NCBI GenBank assembly: GCA_965644265.1 | Contig: OZ286465.1 | Span: forward strand, 72,106,001 to 72,170,000 | Origin: Glycera tridactyla | Taxonomy: Eukaryota | Reading direction: 5' to 3' | Length of the DNA: 64,000 nucleotides | Shown here: one piece after another, positions 1-14,000 of the stretch | How the letters are laid out: each line of letters begins with the position of its first letter | How positions within the stretch are numbered: the first letter of the stretch is position 1 | Position numbers and translations under genes: made by a program | The notes under the pieces: generated by a model | Databases searched by the model: none | Seen by the model: only the letters and a program-made list of their open reading frames with translations | Told to the model about the DNA's origin: nothing

Positions 1-463
1 TGTTGGAATGCTATGTTGTGGCTGTGATATTTTCAGAAATAATTGTGCTCACCATTGACATGCAGAACATATAGCAAGGTGTAGGAATGTCAATAAACTC
101 ATAATTTGTATTTTTCATAATTGGAAAAATCCTAGAAGATAATATATCTGATTATTTAAACAAACTTCAGAGGGTGTCATGCTAAGAGTTTATAAGATTC
201 CACCTGAATACTGGTGTTTGTTTCATGTTTGAAAAGTTAATTAACCACTCGGGACTTTGATGTTCAGTTGACGTGTGTGTGGATGGGTGTGTGTGGATGG
301 GTGTGTGTTAGTGAATTGTATGTGATAGGTTGTGGGTGAAGACATATTTTATGATTCATGATTTGATCATAATCTGAACTAGAGATTTCATACAGAGCTG
401 GGTATGAGTGACACTGTAAGATGTACTTGATCACATGTACTTGATACATTTCTCATCCTATAG

Positions 464-577
464 AATACACCAGGAGATTTGTGGGGTCGTGCAAATCTCA
501 AGCCAACAGGAGCAGTCTTTACACGGAGTGGGTTGCCAGCCCGCAAAGGCCGTGGAGGACAGGGTGGTGATGACGAG
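464..577 (+). CDS. Phase-0 cassette exon of the low-complexity insert (38 aa, NTPGDLWGRANLKPTGAVFTRSGLPARKGRGGQGGDDE)
   Basis: Acceptor tcatcctatag|aat and donor gacgag|gtatga; 114 nt and stop-free; ends in GDDE like the downstream insert exons. Not in the ORF track. Confidence 0.75.
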
Positions 578-2035
578 GTATGAACTACTGTGATTTTGAT
601 GATCAAAAATGATGCAGGCTTGTTAACCTCTGGGATCCTTGTATTATGCTGTCTTATTGAAGCTAACATGAAAGTCTTCTCCACATGAAAAATATGGAAT
701 TCGCTGACGCACTACTTCAGAAAGTATTGTCATAATATCTATTTGATTCTTAACTTACTCATGATTGTGCTCTTCAGAACTGTATTTTGAGATATAGAAC
801 ATTCTAATACATTTCACTGAAGAGAACGTCGATTCTCTTCAGATTGGATTTCTGCAAATTGAAAAATTGACTTGGTGGTGAAGGATTACATTTTTATCAC
901 TGTAACTTTTATGTTTTTTTCGCAAAAGTGGGGTTAGTCAGTAGTTATGGTTTCATAGTAGCAGTTGATTTCAGGGTGTAAGGAATTTTCCATAGCAGAT
1001 TTGAGAAAATTGAAGGATTCAGTGCTGTAGCCATAATGAAATGCATGCAAGTATTTTTGCTTTTTCTCTCAATACGATCTCACTTATGAATCAATCAGCT
1101 CCATAACTTGCTCATACTTTTTAGCACTTTCTGTTGCATGCAGATATCCCATTATAGATTGCCAAAACACAGATGAATACTGTATTATTCTAACTGCCAG
1201 TGCAAATGTAATATTTAGGATCTAATGAGTATCATGAATAAGACCTGAATTAGAGTCTGCCGGTCATAACAAGATCTTGCTATTGATGGAATTTGAGACA
1301 CAAAAAGCGAAGAAGTTCGCTGGTTTTGGATTCACATTCTTATCTTTCATGCTGATGAATAATTGCTATGATTTCATTTCTCTCACTTCATCCCATACGC
1401 AGCTGTAGTTGCCTTTGAACCAATTCACTTGTCATATGATTGCTTGGATTCACTGTTGGCCGGGCCTATGACTATTTGCCTATTGTTTTTAGTGCGGGTA
1501 TTGAAAATCAGCTGGACTGTATAGAAGGTGCAATTTCCATTCTGGCTTCAGGAAACTGTGGAAAATTTCATATAAAATACCAGTATGAAATGAAATGTTT
1601 TGATGAATGTTAGCATGAGCATTAAAGAATTGTAGTCTGTGAGATAGTTGGTGCATGGTAATTGGCCTATAAATCATCATGGGACATGATTTTAATTTGG
1701 AAGGTCATCTTTCTTGGCTGGAGAATTCATTATTAATCCCTCCAAACATATTATTCTCAGTTTCCAAGGATTCGGCCTGATTTCCCTATCAGCGAATTCA
1801 GATTCAATCCTACTTTCTCCAGCTGTCGGTTCATCCAGCCCTGAAGCTAGTATGATCTGCTCATCCAAAATCTTTTGCAATGTGAAGTGATTTTGGTGGT
1901 CTGGGTGGTGGTCTGCAGAATTCTATGTTTCAATGCACTGAACCACTTTGAAAGATAGAATTAGTGTGTCTTTTCTATCACTCTTTACTCACACTGAAGC
2001 TTAAATGTAAACTAATTGCTTTTCATCACTTCTAG

Positions 2036-5000
2036 ACTTCTCCGCATGATATTGATGGTGATGGCGAGTCCACTGGGAGACCAGGGAGTGGTGATGGTGT
2101 CAATAAAGACATTGGCGGTCATCCTCATAAGCAGGGTCATCTTGATTCTTATCCAGATTTACCAGAAGTGTTAGACACATCATTTGATTCCAATGATATC
2201 CCTGAGCCTACCAGGCTCCCTAGCAGTGTTGATGACTCACATGTTTCAAAGGAAAATATCAGTGGTGATGGCGTAGATATGAAATATGAAATGAAGCATC
2301 CAAGTAATTTGACAAAGGTTCCGGGAAAGTTAGGACCATTTCAAATAAAAGATGGGAGCAAAGAAGATCAAGGCAATCAAAGTAACAAAGCATCCAAACA
2401 TCTATACACACCTGATCTGCAAAATCTAAAAAAATCAGATGATCCATGGGGTAGGAAAAAGCTTCGTGCTGCAAAACCAACACAGCCCAGTGAACCTAGT
2501 AGTTTGAAAGGTCATCTCCTCGGGAGGGAAAATTTTCCTGGTGCACTTGGTCCAGGGAGAAGAGAAGAACATAATCTTCACGATCATCCTGCCCTCAGGG
2601 CCTCAGATCCACACAAATTATTTCCAGCAGATCGTGATGCTAGGGATAGCAATCCTTTAGGCCGAAGTGACAGAGCAGATCCCTGGGGCCCATGGGAGAG
2701 AGGAGGCACAGAAGGGGCCTCTGATCCATACAAAACATTTCCATCAGATTCTGATATCAGCGATAGAAGGGGTCCTTCAGGCCCAAGAAATAGTGCAGAC
2801 CCCAGTGCTCCTTGGGAGAACGGAGGGAAAGATGGGGCCTCTGAGCCACACAAAAAATTCCCATCAGCTTCTGATACCAGGGATAGAAGGGGTCCTTCAG
2901 GCCCAAAAGATAGTGCAGACCCCAGTGCAGCTTGGGAGAGAGGGGGCACAGAAGGGGCGTATGATCCTCACAAAATATTCCCAGCAGATCCTTATGATAG
3001 CAACCCTCTTGGCCCAACCAACAGAACAGATCCCACGGCCCCCTGGGAGAGAGGAGGCACAAAAGTAACCCCCTATTCACACAAACCATTTCCATCAGAT
3101 CCCGATATCAGGGATAGAATTAGCCCTTCAGGTCCAAGAGACAGAGCCGACTCAAGGGCCTCATGGGAGAGGGGAGGCACAAAGGGAGCCTCTGATCCAC
3201 AGAGAAGAGAACCAGCTGGTAATGATCTTGGGCGTGGAATAGCTTCTATATACTCAAGAGTAGATCGGGATCCTCATGGTCATGCCAAGATGTTGCATCC
3301 AGATGATCGCTTGAATGCTGCAAAGGACCCTGGTCTTCGTAGTCCTTCCTATCCTGACCAGGCAAAAGATCTGCTTGACTCTGGTAGTAGGCCAGCGGGT
3401 ACCATTGATCACAGTAAGATGTTAGATCATTCTACTCCACATGACAAAAGTTTGAAAAGTGGTCAAAGTCATCCCCATGGACCACATGGAAAAAGAGGTG
3501 ATATCAAACCCTTCGGCAAGAATGAGTTCCATAGCCCCAGTGAGAGAGAGGGGTTGGGTGGACCTCATGGTTCCAATGACAGATGGTATCCTGACGATCC
3601 CAATGATCCTGCTAGGAAACAGGTAGGTAGCCCTTTTGTTAGTGATAGGAAAGGACAGGATGGTACCTCTGAGAAGAGATCTGATGATCCACATTCACCT
3701 AGTAATCTAGATGATCAGTATCTCAAAAAGAGAGCTGATTTTGATGACTTATCACGCAATCCATGGGAACATGATGATGACCAGGAAAGCCACCCTGAAG
3801 ATCTGGGTGATTCTGATGGTTCACACTCACTCCCTACTTTACCCATGAGGCATCCTAGCGATTTCACCAGTCCCCATGAAAACAGGCAATCACGGGGCCC
3901 CAAAAAGGAATTAGAGCCCGGCAATTCAAGTAGCCCAGTGGGTAGCAGCACAGATGATAGCTATCATCCTAGCCAGACAGGTCAACCAGGTTTTACTTGT
4001 AGTCCAGGTGGAATGCATAAGCCAGATGACATTCTCCATGCTGATGGAGAGCTAGTTGATACTGATGAAAGTGATCTAGATGAAAATCGCAATCTTGGTC
4101 AGAGAAAACACTCAACAGTTAGAGTATCAACTGACTCTCATTCCAGTACAGTTACTAGTAGTGTACATGAACAAAGGACAACCAAACATCGACATGAGAG
4201 GCATGATGACCCTGATCTTTCAAATGAAGATGATCTTAATTTAGGTGATCCTTCGGGTCGAAAAAGACTTCATTTAACTGATGTACTAGGCCAAAGGAGT
4301 AAGAGACATTCTGATGATTTGTTCCCAGCTTGTGACAATGAAGAGTCAGATAGCATCAGCTCTGATCAAGAACTTATGGCACCTCATAGGAATTCGGAAG
4401 TAGCTCACCAAAGACCGAAGAGGATGAAGGGAAATGGTGATCCACACTCTCCCTATAAAGAAAAACGGCTGGATGATCCCAGCGGAAAAGTACATCAAGA
4501 CCACTCTGAAGAATATAGTGGGGAGGATGATACCCCAAATAGGTTTGGTCAAAATCAGATTTCTCAACCTTCTAGCAATCCTATGTCCATCGATGGCGAT
4601 GATGAGCAATGTCAAGGACATGATTTTCCAACAGGTATGATTGAATCTCGAAGAAATAATGATGAAGATCATTCTAAAATTGTGATCACCACTGAACATC
4701 ATTCTAGTTCAGTGTCTAAGAGTATCTTCGAACGAAGGACAAGCAGGCAAACAAATGAAAGATGGGATGATGATTTCATATCAGAGGAAGATAATTCATT
4801 GTCAGATGATCCTTCAGGTGGGAAGAGGCCTCACCCAACTGGCAAGCTAGTCCCTAGGAATAAAAGACCTCTTCATGGTCGCCAGGTTCCTGATGAATCT
4901 GGGGACTCTGATGGCCTCAACTCAGATGAATATAGATACACAACAGATTCACCAGCCACTAGAGATATACGACTGGGTCAGCCCAAACCCAAGAGGGCAA

Positions 5001-8000
5001 AGGGATCCGTTAATAAACACCAATCAGATGCTGAAGAAGAGGTGGGTTCCTTTGATGAAGAATATCCTGACCGACCAACCAAATCTGACCAAACAGCTAG
5101 ACCTCATAAGGGAAACGGTAGAAAAATTGGTATTAGGGATAATTTGGAAGATTGTGATGATTTGGAGGAAGCAGAATTCAGTGATGAATCTGATAGAATG
5201 CTTCCTGATGATGCTGCTACACGGATATCGCGTGTGACCACCGAGCATCATTCATATGAGAGCAAGAGCACAACTGAGCACAGAATAGGGGAACACTCTC
5301 ATCAAGCTAGAAGTAAGAGAAGAGGTTTGCATCCGTATAATTACTCAGATGTCCCCAGTGATACAGATTATACTGATGATCCTGAATGGGGAGGTAGTAC
5401 AGATACTCATCCACAAAGAAGAGCTATTTCAGGTGATCCTGATGACCAATATGGTACATATCCAGACTATTTAAATGGCTCAGGTTATAAGAGGAGACCA
5501 GGTATCACTGATGATCCTTCCATCAGTGATTATTCTGATGGAGGATATGGCCCTGGCTATAACCCTGCTCTGCATCAGTCAAGTGGCAAGGGTAAGAGGG
5601 CAGTCCCTGAGGGCCAAGGCCATGCTAGCCACCAAGATGAGGGAGCAGATATTCTGATGGATCAAGAATCTGATACTCATGGATTAGTCAGCAAGAGGGA
5701 TCTTCAAGATCATCATGCTGATTCTCAAGGTCGTGGAAGGCAAGATAAGCCCATTGACCCAGCTATGGCAGGTACACATGACTTGCCAGATGATCAACAT
5801 CATCCAGGAAGAAGACCTAATTCTGATGATGCAGATGACATGGCTTCACCATTTCATTATGCTCCTGCTGGGAAAAGACATACCATCGACCCTGAAGGGT
5901 CTGATTCTCATGGGTGGCCTGATGATCCAGAGTTAGGTCAAATGAGGGATCCAGGTGACACACACGATGATCCCCGTGATCCTGGTAAAGGACACAAGCC
6001 AAGCAGTCCCAATAGGAGAGGAGTTGATCCAATTGCTCATAAAAGAGGCACACAAGACTATCCTACTGACCCACATGAGGATTTGGAGGAAGCAGAATTC
6101 AGTGATGAATCTGATAGAATGCTTCCTGAAGATGCTGCCACACGGATATCGCGTGTGACCACCGAGCATCATTCATATGAGAGCAAGAGCACAACTGAGC
6201 ACAGAATAGAGAAACACTCTCATCAAGCTAGAGGTAAGAGAAGAGGTTTGCATCCGTATGATTACTCAGATGACCCCAGTGATACAGATTATACTGATGA
6301 TCCTGAATGGGGAGGTAGTACAGATACTCATCCACAAAGAAGAGCTATTTCAGGTGATCCTGATGACCAATATGGTACATATCCAGACTATTTAAATGGC
6401 TCAGATGATAAGAGGAGACCAGGTATCACTGATGATCCTTCCATCAGTGATTACTCTGATGGAGGATATGGCCCTGGCTATAACCCTGCTCTGCATCAGT
6501 CAAGTGGCAAGGGTAAGAGGGCAGTCCCTAAGGGCCAAGGCCATGCTAGCCACCAAGATGAGGGAGCAGATATTCTGATGGATCAAGAATCTGATACTCA
6601 TGGATTAGTCAGCAAGAGGGATCTTCAAGATCATCATGCTGATTCTCAAGGTCGTGGAAGGCAAGATAAGCCCATTGACCCAGCTATGGCAGGTACACAT
6701 GACTTGCCAGATGATCAACATCATCCAGGAAGAAGACCTAATTCTGATGATGCAGATGACATGGCTTCACCATTTCATTATGCTCCTGCTGGGAAAAGAC
6801 ATACCATCGACCCTGAAGGGTCTGATTCTCATGGGTGGCCTGATGATCCAGAGTTAGGTCAAATGAGGGATCCAGGTGACACACAAGATGATTCCCATGA
6901 TCCTGATAAAGGACACAAGCCAAGCAGTCCCCATGGGAGAGGAGTTTATCCACTTGCTCATAAAAGAGGCACACAAGACTATCCTACTGACCCACATGAG
7001 GATAGGAGTCATGGCTGGCCTGATGATCAGCATGATCCAGGGAGAAGGGACATTTCAGATGGAGATGGCGACCCAGGCAGTCCTTATAGGAAAAAAGGTG
7101 ACTCACAAGCTGTTGATCCTGATGCAGATGACAGCCATGGGTGGCCTGGTGATCAGCATCATCCAGGGAGAAGGGACTTTCCAGGTAGAGGAGGTGACCC
7201 AGGTAGCCGGCATAGTAGAAATAAGGATCCATATGCCATTGACCCTGAAGCGGATTATTCTGTTGACCCTGATGAGGATGAAACTGATCCTCATGCTACT
7301 GGTAAAGGAGGTAACCCCACAGATGGCCAAGACTATGCATTTGACCCTCATAATGATGATATTCATGGGTGGCCTGATGATTCAGTGTCAGGTAGAATGA
7401 GTGATCCAAGTGACACAAACGGAGGGTATCCACATGCTCGTGAAACAGATGGGCAAGACTATCCAATTGATACTGATGAGGATGATACCCTTGGTTGGCC
7501 CGATGATCGGCATCATCCAGGAAGAAGGGCCATTCCAGATAGAGGAGACCAGGGTAGTCCCCATATGAGGAAAAGGGGCCCTCGTGCTCATGGAACAGGT
7601 GGAAAAGGTGATCCAATCGACTCTCATGATGATGATATCGATGGGTGGCCTGATGATTCAGTGTCTGGTAGAGACCCAGATGACACACATGCCGATCCTC
7701 ATAGTCCTGTTAGAGAAGGTTACCCCACCAGACCCCATAAGAGAGGAGGGCACCCACATGCTCTCGGAACAGATAGGCATGATGATCCTATCGACCCTGA
7801 TGAGGATGATACTCATGGGTGGCCTGATGATCAGCATCATCCAGGGAGGAGGGGCGTTCCTGGTAGAGAAGGCAGTCCAGGCAGTCCTCATAGAAGAAAA
7901 AGAGATCCACATGCCATTGCTCTTGATCAGGATGATTCTCAAGGGTGGCCTGATGATCTAGTGTGGGGTCAAATGAGGGACCCAGGGGACACAAGCGCCA

Positions 8001-11000
8001 ATCCTAGTGGTTCTGGTAGGGGAGGTGACCCTGCCAGTCCTCAGAAGAAAGGAGGGTACCCACGTAGTCGAGAAACAGATGGGGAAGACTATCCTATAGA
8101 CCCTGATGAGAATGATATTCATGGGTGGCCTGATCGACATCATCCAGGAATTTCCGATAGGCGAGGTGACCCAGGTGGTCCTCATGGAAGAAAAGGGGAC
8201 CCACATGCTATTGATCCTGATGAAGGTGAAGCCGATCCTCATGCTCCTGGTAGAGGAGGTGACCCCACCAGTCCCCATAAGAGAGGTAGGTTCCCAGATG
8301 CTAATGAAATAGATTGTCAAGATGATCCTGATGAGGATGATTCTCAGGGGTGGCCTGACGATCCAGTGTTAGAAAGAATGAGGGACCCAGGTGACGCACA
8401 CGCTGATCCTTGTGGTCCTGGTAAAAGAGGTGACCCTACAAGCCCCCATATGAATGGAGGGTACCAACATAGTCCAGGAACAGATGGGGAGGACTATCCT
8501 ACAGACCCTGATGAGAATGATATTCATGGGAGGCCTAATGATCAGCATCATCCAGGAAGAAGGACCATTCCGGATAGGCAAGGTGACCCAGGTGGTCCTC
8601 ATGGAAGAAAATGGGACCCACATGATATTGACCCTGATGAGGATGAAACTGATCATTGTCCTGGTAGAGAAGGTGACCCCACCCGTCCCCATAAGAGAGG
8701 AGGGTTCCCTCATGCTCGTGAATTAGATGGTCAAGATGATACTGATGAGGATGATTCTCAGGGGTGGCCTGATGATCCAGTGTTAGGTAGAATGAGGGAT
8801 CCAGGTGACACACACTCAGATCCTCGTGGTCCTGGTAAAAGAGGTGACCCCACCAGTCATCGTAAAAAAGAAGGGCACCCACATAGTCGAGAAACAGTTG
8901 GGGAGGATGATCCTACAGACCCTGAAGAAAATGATATTCATGGGAGGCCTGATCAGCATCATCCAGGAAGAAGGACCAATCTGGATAGGCCAGGCGACCC
9001 AGATGGTCCTCATGGAAGAAAATGGGACCAACATGCTATTGACTTTGATGAGGATGAAGCTGATCATGGTCCTGGTGGAGGAGGTGACCCCAACAGTCCC
9101 CATAAGAGAGGAGGGTTCCCTCATGCTCGTGAAATAGATGGTCAGGATGATCCTATCGACCCTGATGAGGATGATACTCATGGGTGGCCTGATGATCAGC
9201 AGCATCCAGGGAGGAGGGGCATTCCTGGTAGAGAAGGTTACCCAGGCAGTCCTCATAGAAGAAAGGGGGATCCACATGCCATTGATCCTGATCAGGATGA
9301 TTCTCAAGGGTGGCCTGATGATCCAGTGTTGGGTAAAATGAGGGACCCAGGTGACACACACGCCGATCCTAGTGGTTCTGGTAGGGGAGGTGACCCTGCT
9401 AGTCCCCATAAGAACGGAGAGTACCCACGTAGTCGAGAAACGGATGGGGACGACTATCCTATAGACCCTGATGAGAATGATATTCATGGGTGGCCTGATC
9501 GACATCATCCAGGAAGATGGGCTATTCCAGATAGGCAAGGTGACCCAGGTGGTCCTCGTAGAAAGCAAGGGGACCCACATGCTATTGACCCTGATGAGGA
9601 TGAAGCTGATTGTCATAGTCCTGGTAGAGGAGGTGACCCCACCCATCCCAATAAGAGAGGAGGGTTCCCTCATGCTCGTGAATTAGATGGTCAAGATGAT
9701 ACTGATGAGGATGATTCTCAGGGGTGGCCTGATGATCCAGTGTTAGGTAGAATGAGGGACCCAGGTGACACACACACAGATTCTCGTGGTCCTGGTAAAA
9801 GAGGTGACCCCACCAATCCCCATAAAAAAGGAGGGTACCCACATAGTCGGGAAACAATTGGGGAGGATGATCCTACAGACCCTGATGAAAATGGTATTCA
9901 TGGGAGGCCTGATCAGCATCATCCAGGAAGAAGGACCATTCTGGATAGGCCAGGCGACCCAGATGGTCCTCATGGAAGAAGATGGGACCCTCATGCTATT
10001 GACCCTGATGAGGATGAAGCTGATCCTCATGGTCCTGGTAAAAGAGGTGACCCCACCAATCCCCTTAAAAAAGGTGGGTACCCACATAGTCGAGATACAG
10101 TTGGGGAGGACAATCCTACAGACCCCGATGAAAATGATATTCATGGAAGGCCTGATGATCAGCATCATCCAGGAAGAAGGACCATTCTGGATAGGCGAGG
10201 TGACCCAGATGGTCCTCATGGAAGAAAAGGGGACCCACATGCTATTGACCCTGATGGGGATGAAGCTGATCGTCATAGTCCTGGTGGAGGAGGTGACCCC
10301 ACCAGTCCCCATAAGAGAGGAGGGTTCCCTTATGCTCGTGAAAAAGATGGTCAAGATGATCCTATCGACCCTGATAAGGATGATACTCATGTGTGGCCTG
10401 ATGATATGCATCATCCAGGGAGGAGGGGCATTCCTGGTAAAGAAGGTTACCCAGGCAGTCCTCATAGAAGAAAAGGGGATCCACATGCCATTGATCCTGA
10501 TCAGGATGATTCTCAAGGGTGGCCTGATGATCCAGTGTTGGGTAAAATAAGGGACCCAGGTGACACACACGCCGATCCTTGTGGTTCTGGTAAAAGAGGT
10601 GACCCCAACAGTCCCCATAAGAAAGGAGGGTACCCAAATAGTCAAGATACAATTGGGGAGGATGATCCTACAGACCCTGATGAAAATGATATTAATGGGA
10701 GGCCTTCTGATCAGAATCATCCGGGAAGAAGGACCATTCCGGATAGGCGAGGTGACCCAGATGGTCCTCATGGAAGAAAATGGGACCCACGTGCTACTGA
10801 CCCTGATGGGGATGAAGTTGATCGTCATAGTCCTGGTGGAGGAGGTGACCCCAACAGTCCCCATAAGAGAGGAGGGTTCCCTCATGCTCCTGAAATAGAT
10901 GGTCAAGATGATACTGATGAGGATGATTCTCAGGGGTGGCCTGATGATCCAGTGTTAGGTAGAATGAGGGACACAGGTGACACACACTCAGATCCTCGTG

Positions 11001-14000
11001 GTCCTGGTAAAAGAGGTGACCCCACCAGTCCCCATAAAAAAGGAGGGTACCCACATAGTCGAGAAACAGTTGGGGAGGAAGATCCTACAGACCCCGATGA
11101 AAATGATATTCATGGGAGGCCTGATCAGCATCATCCAGGAAGAAGGACCATTCTGGATAGGCCAGGCGACCCAGATGGTCCTCATGGAAGAAGATGGGAC
11201 CCTCATGCTATTGACCCTGATGAGGATGAAGCTGATCCTCTTGGTTCTGGTAAAAGAGGGGACCCCACCAGTCCCCTTAAAAAAAGAGGATACCCACATA
11301 GTCGAGATACAGTTGGGGAGGATGATCCTACAGACCCTGATGAAAATGATCTTCATGGGAGGCCTTCTGATCAGCATCATCCAGGAAGAAGGACCATTCC
11401 AGATAGGCGAGGTGACCCAGATGGTCCTCATGGAAGAGAAGGGGACCCACATGCTATTGACCATGATGGGGATGAAGCTGATCATCATAGTCCTGGTAGA
11501 GAAGGTGACCCCACCAGTCCCCATAAGAGAGGGTTCCCTCATGCGCGTGAAATTGATGGTCAAGATGATCCTATCGACCCTGATGAGGATGATACTCATG
11601 GGTGGCCTGATGATCTGCATCATCCAGGTAGGAGGGGCATTCCTGGTAGAGAACGTTACCCAGGTAGTCCTCATAGAAGAAAAGGGGATCGACATGCCAT
11701 TGATCCTGATCAGGATGATTCTCAAGGGTGGCCTGATGATCCAGTGTCAGGTCAAATGAGGGATCCAGGTGACACACACGCCGATCCTAGTGGTTCTGGT
11801 AAAAGAGGTGACCCCACCAGTCCCCATAAAAAAGGAGGGTACCCACATGGTCTAGAAACAGATGGGGAAGACTATCCTACTGACCCTGATGAAGATGGTA
11901 TTCATGGGAGGCCTGATCAGCATCATCCAGAAAAGGGGGTTATTGCAGATCGGCGAGGGGACCCAGGTGGTCCTCATAGAAGAAAAGGGGACCCACATGC
12001 TATTGACCCCAATGAAGGTGAAGCTTATCCTCGTGATCCTAGTAGAGGAGATGACCCTAACAGTCCCAATAAGAGAGGAGGGTATCCACATGCTCATGAA
12101 ACAGATGGGCAAGACTATCCAACTGATCTTGATGGGGATGATAACTATGGTTGGCCTGATCATCAGCATCATCCAGGGAGGAGGGGCATTCCTGGTAGAG
12201 AAGGTTACCAAGGCAGTCCTCATAGAAGGAAAGGGGATCGACATGCTATCGATCCTGATCAGGATGATTCTCAAGGGTTGCCTGATGATCCAGTGTTGGG
12301 TCAAATGAGGGACCCAGGTGACTCACGCACCCATCCTTGTGGTTCTGGTGAAGGAGGTGACTCTACCAGTCCTCATATGAAAGGAGGGTACCCAGATAGT
12401 CAAGAAACAGATGCGGAAGCCTATCCTATAGACCCTGATGAGGATGATACTCATGGGTGGCCTGAAGATCAGCATCATCCGGGAAGAAGAAGCAATCCAG
12501 ATGGACGAGGTGACCCAGGTGGTCCTCATGGAAGAAAATGGGATCCACATGCTATTGACCCTGATGCCCGTGAAAAGGATGGGCAAGACTATCCTACAGA
12601 CCCTGATGAGGATAATATTCATGGGTATCCAGACCAAGGTTACCCAGATGGTCCTCATGGAAAAGGGGATCTACATGCCATTGACCCTGATGAGTATAGT
12701 ACTCATGGGTGGCCTGGTGATCAGCATCACCTAGGAAGAAGGACCATTCCAGATAGACGGGGTGACCCAAACGGTCCTCATAGAAGAAATGGGGATCCCC
12801 ATGCCATTGACCCTGATGAGGATGATACTCATGGGTGGCACGATGATCACTATCATCCCGAGAGAAGAGCATTAGGTAGAGAGAGGGACTCACAAGCTGA
12901 TCCCCATGGTCCTGGCTGGGGACATAACTCAGGCAGTCCCCATAGGAAAGGAACGGACCCACATGATCGTGAATCCTTCGGAACAGACCAACCTATTGAC
13001 CCTTATGTGGACGACAATCATGATTGGCCTAATGATCAGCATCATCCAGGGAGAAGAGCCATTCCAGATAGAGGAGGTGACCCAGGCATTCACTATAAGA
13101 GAAAAGGGGACCCACATGCAAGCCCTCGTGGAAGAAGAGCTGACCAAGGTACCTCTGATTCAGATGAGGGGAATCATCCATTTCATTCTTCCAAGCCTGA
13201 TACCATTGGTAGGCCACGTGGCCTGGGCACAGTTGGACCATATGGTGCTGACAGCCATGGTCCTTATGGCAGGGACTCTGATAGCACTCATACATCAAAT
13301 GCCAGTGATTATGCTGATGACAATTATGGCCCTGATGACATAGGGAGTCGAAGCTATCAAAATGATTGTCCTGGCCAGAGAGGTTCTATTGGTCCAGAAT
13401 ACCATTCAGGAAGTCCTGACGGCTATCTCAATCATGGGGATAGAAGGCCTTCAAAAAGTCAACCCTATTCTGAAGACATTTCTGGAGATTCAGACAATCC
13501 TGGGTTTGGACACTATGGCAACTCCAGGCCTAGCAAAAGAAAAACATACCATCCAAGTCAAAAAAGACACCAATCTGATCCACATAGACCTCGTGAAACA
13601 GAGAGCTCTGTTGATCCCTATGACTCCAGCAGTAGTGGAGGGCCAGGAAGTTGGACTGATCATGGTGGGAGACACCATCCGAGTAAGCACGGTGGCTCAG
13701 GTCATCAAGGTGGAGGGCCTGACAGGCCTAGTGGTAGGCAAGGTAGAGCACGTCCTAGTTTTGATTCTATCCCAGATAGTCCGTTTTTCCCATTTGGCTC
13801 AATGTTCTCAAATTGGCCACATGATCCTAGACCACTTGGTAATTCTGAACGAACTTACAGTCCAGGGAATCTTCCATGCATCCTCTGTGGTCGTGGGGGT
13901 CCAATTACACCATGCAGAATTTGTGGTGTAGGTGGACACAGTGAGCAGTTCTGCCCCCAAAGTCTCGATGGAAATGACACATCTTATGGACCTAGCCTCA

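Noticed and set aside
2168-2170. Start codon of a stand-alone 5,035-aa gene
   Set aside because: The codon is GTG inside a frame that stays open to a splice acceptor 132 nt upstream; this is a eukaryotic internal exon.
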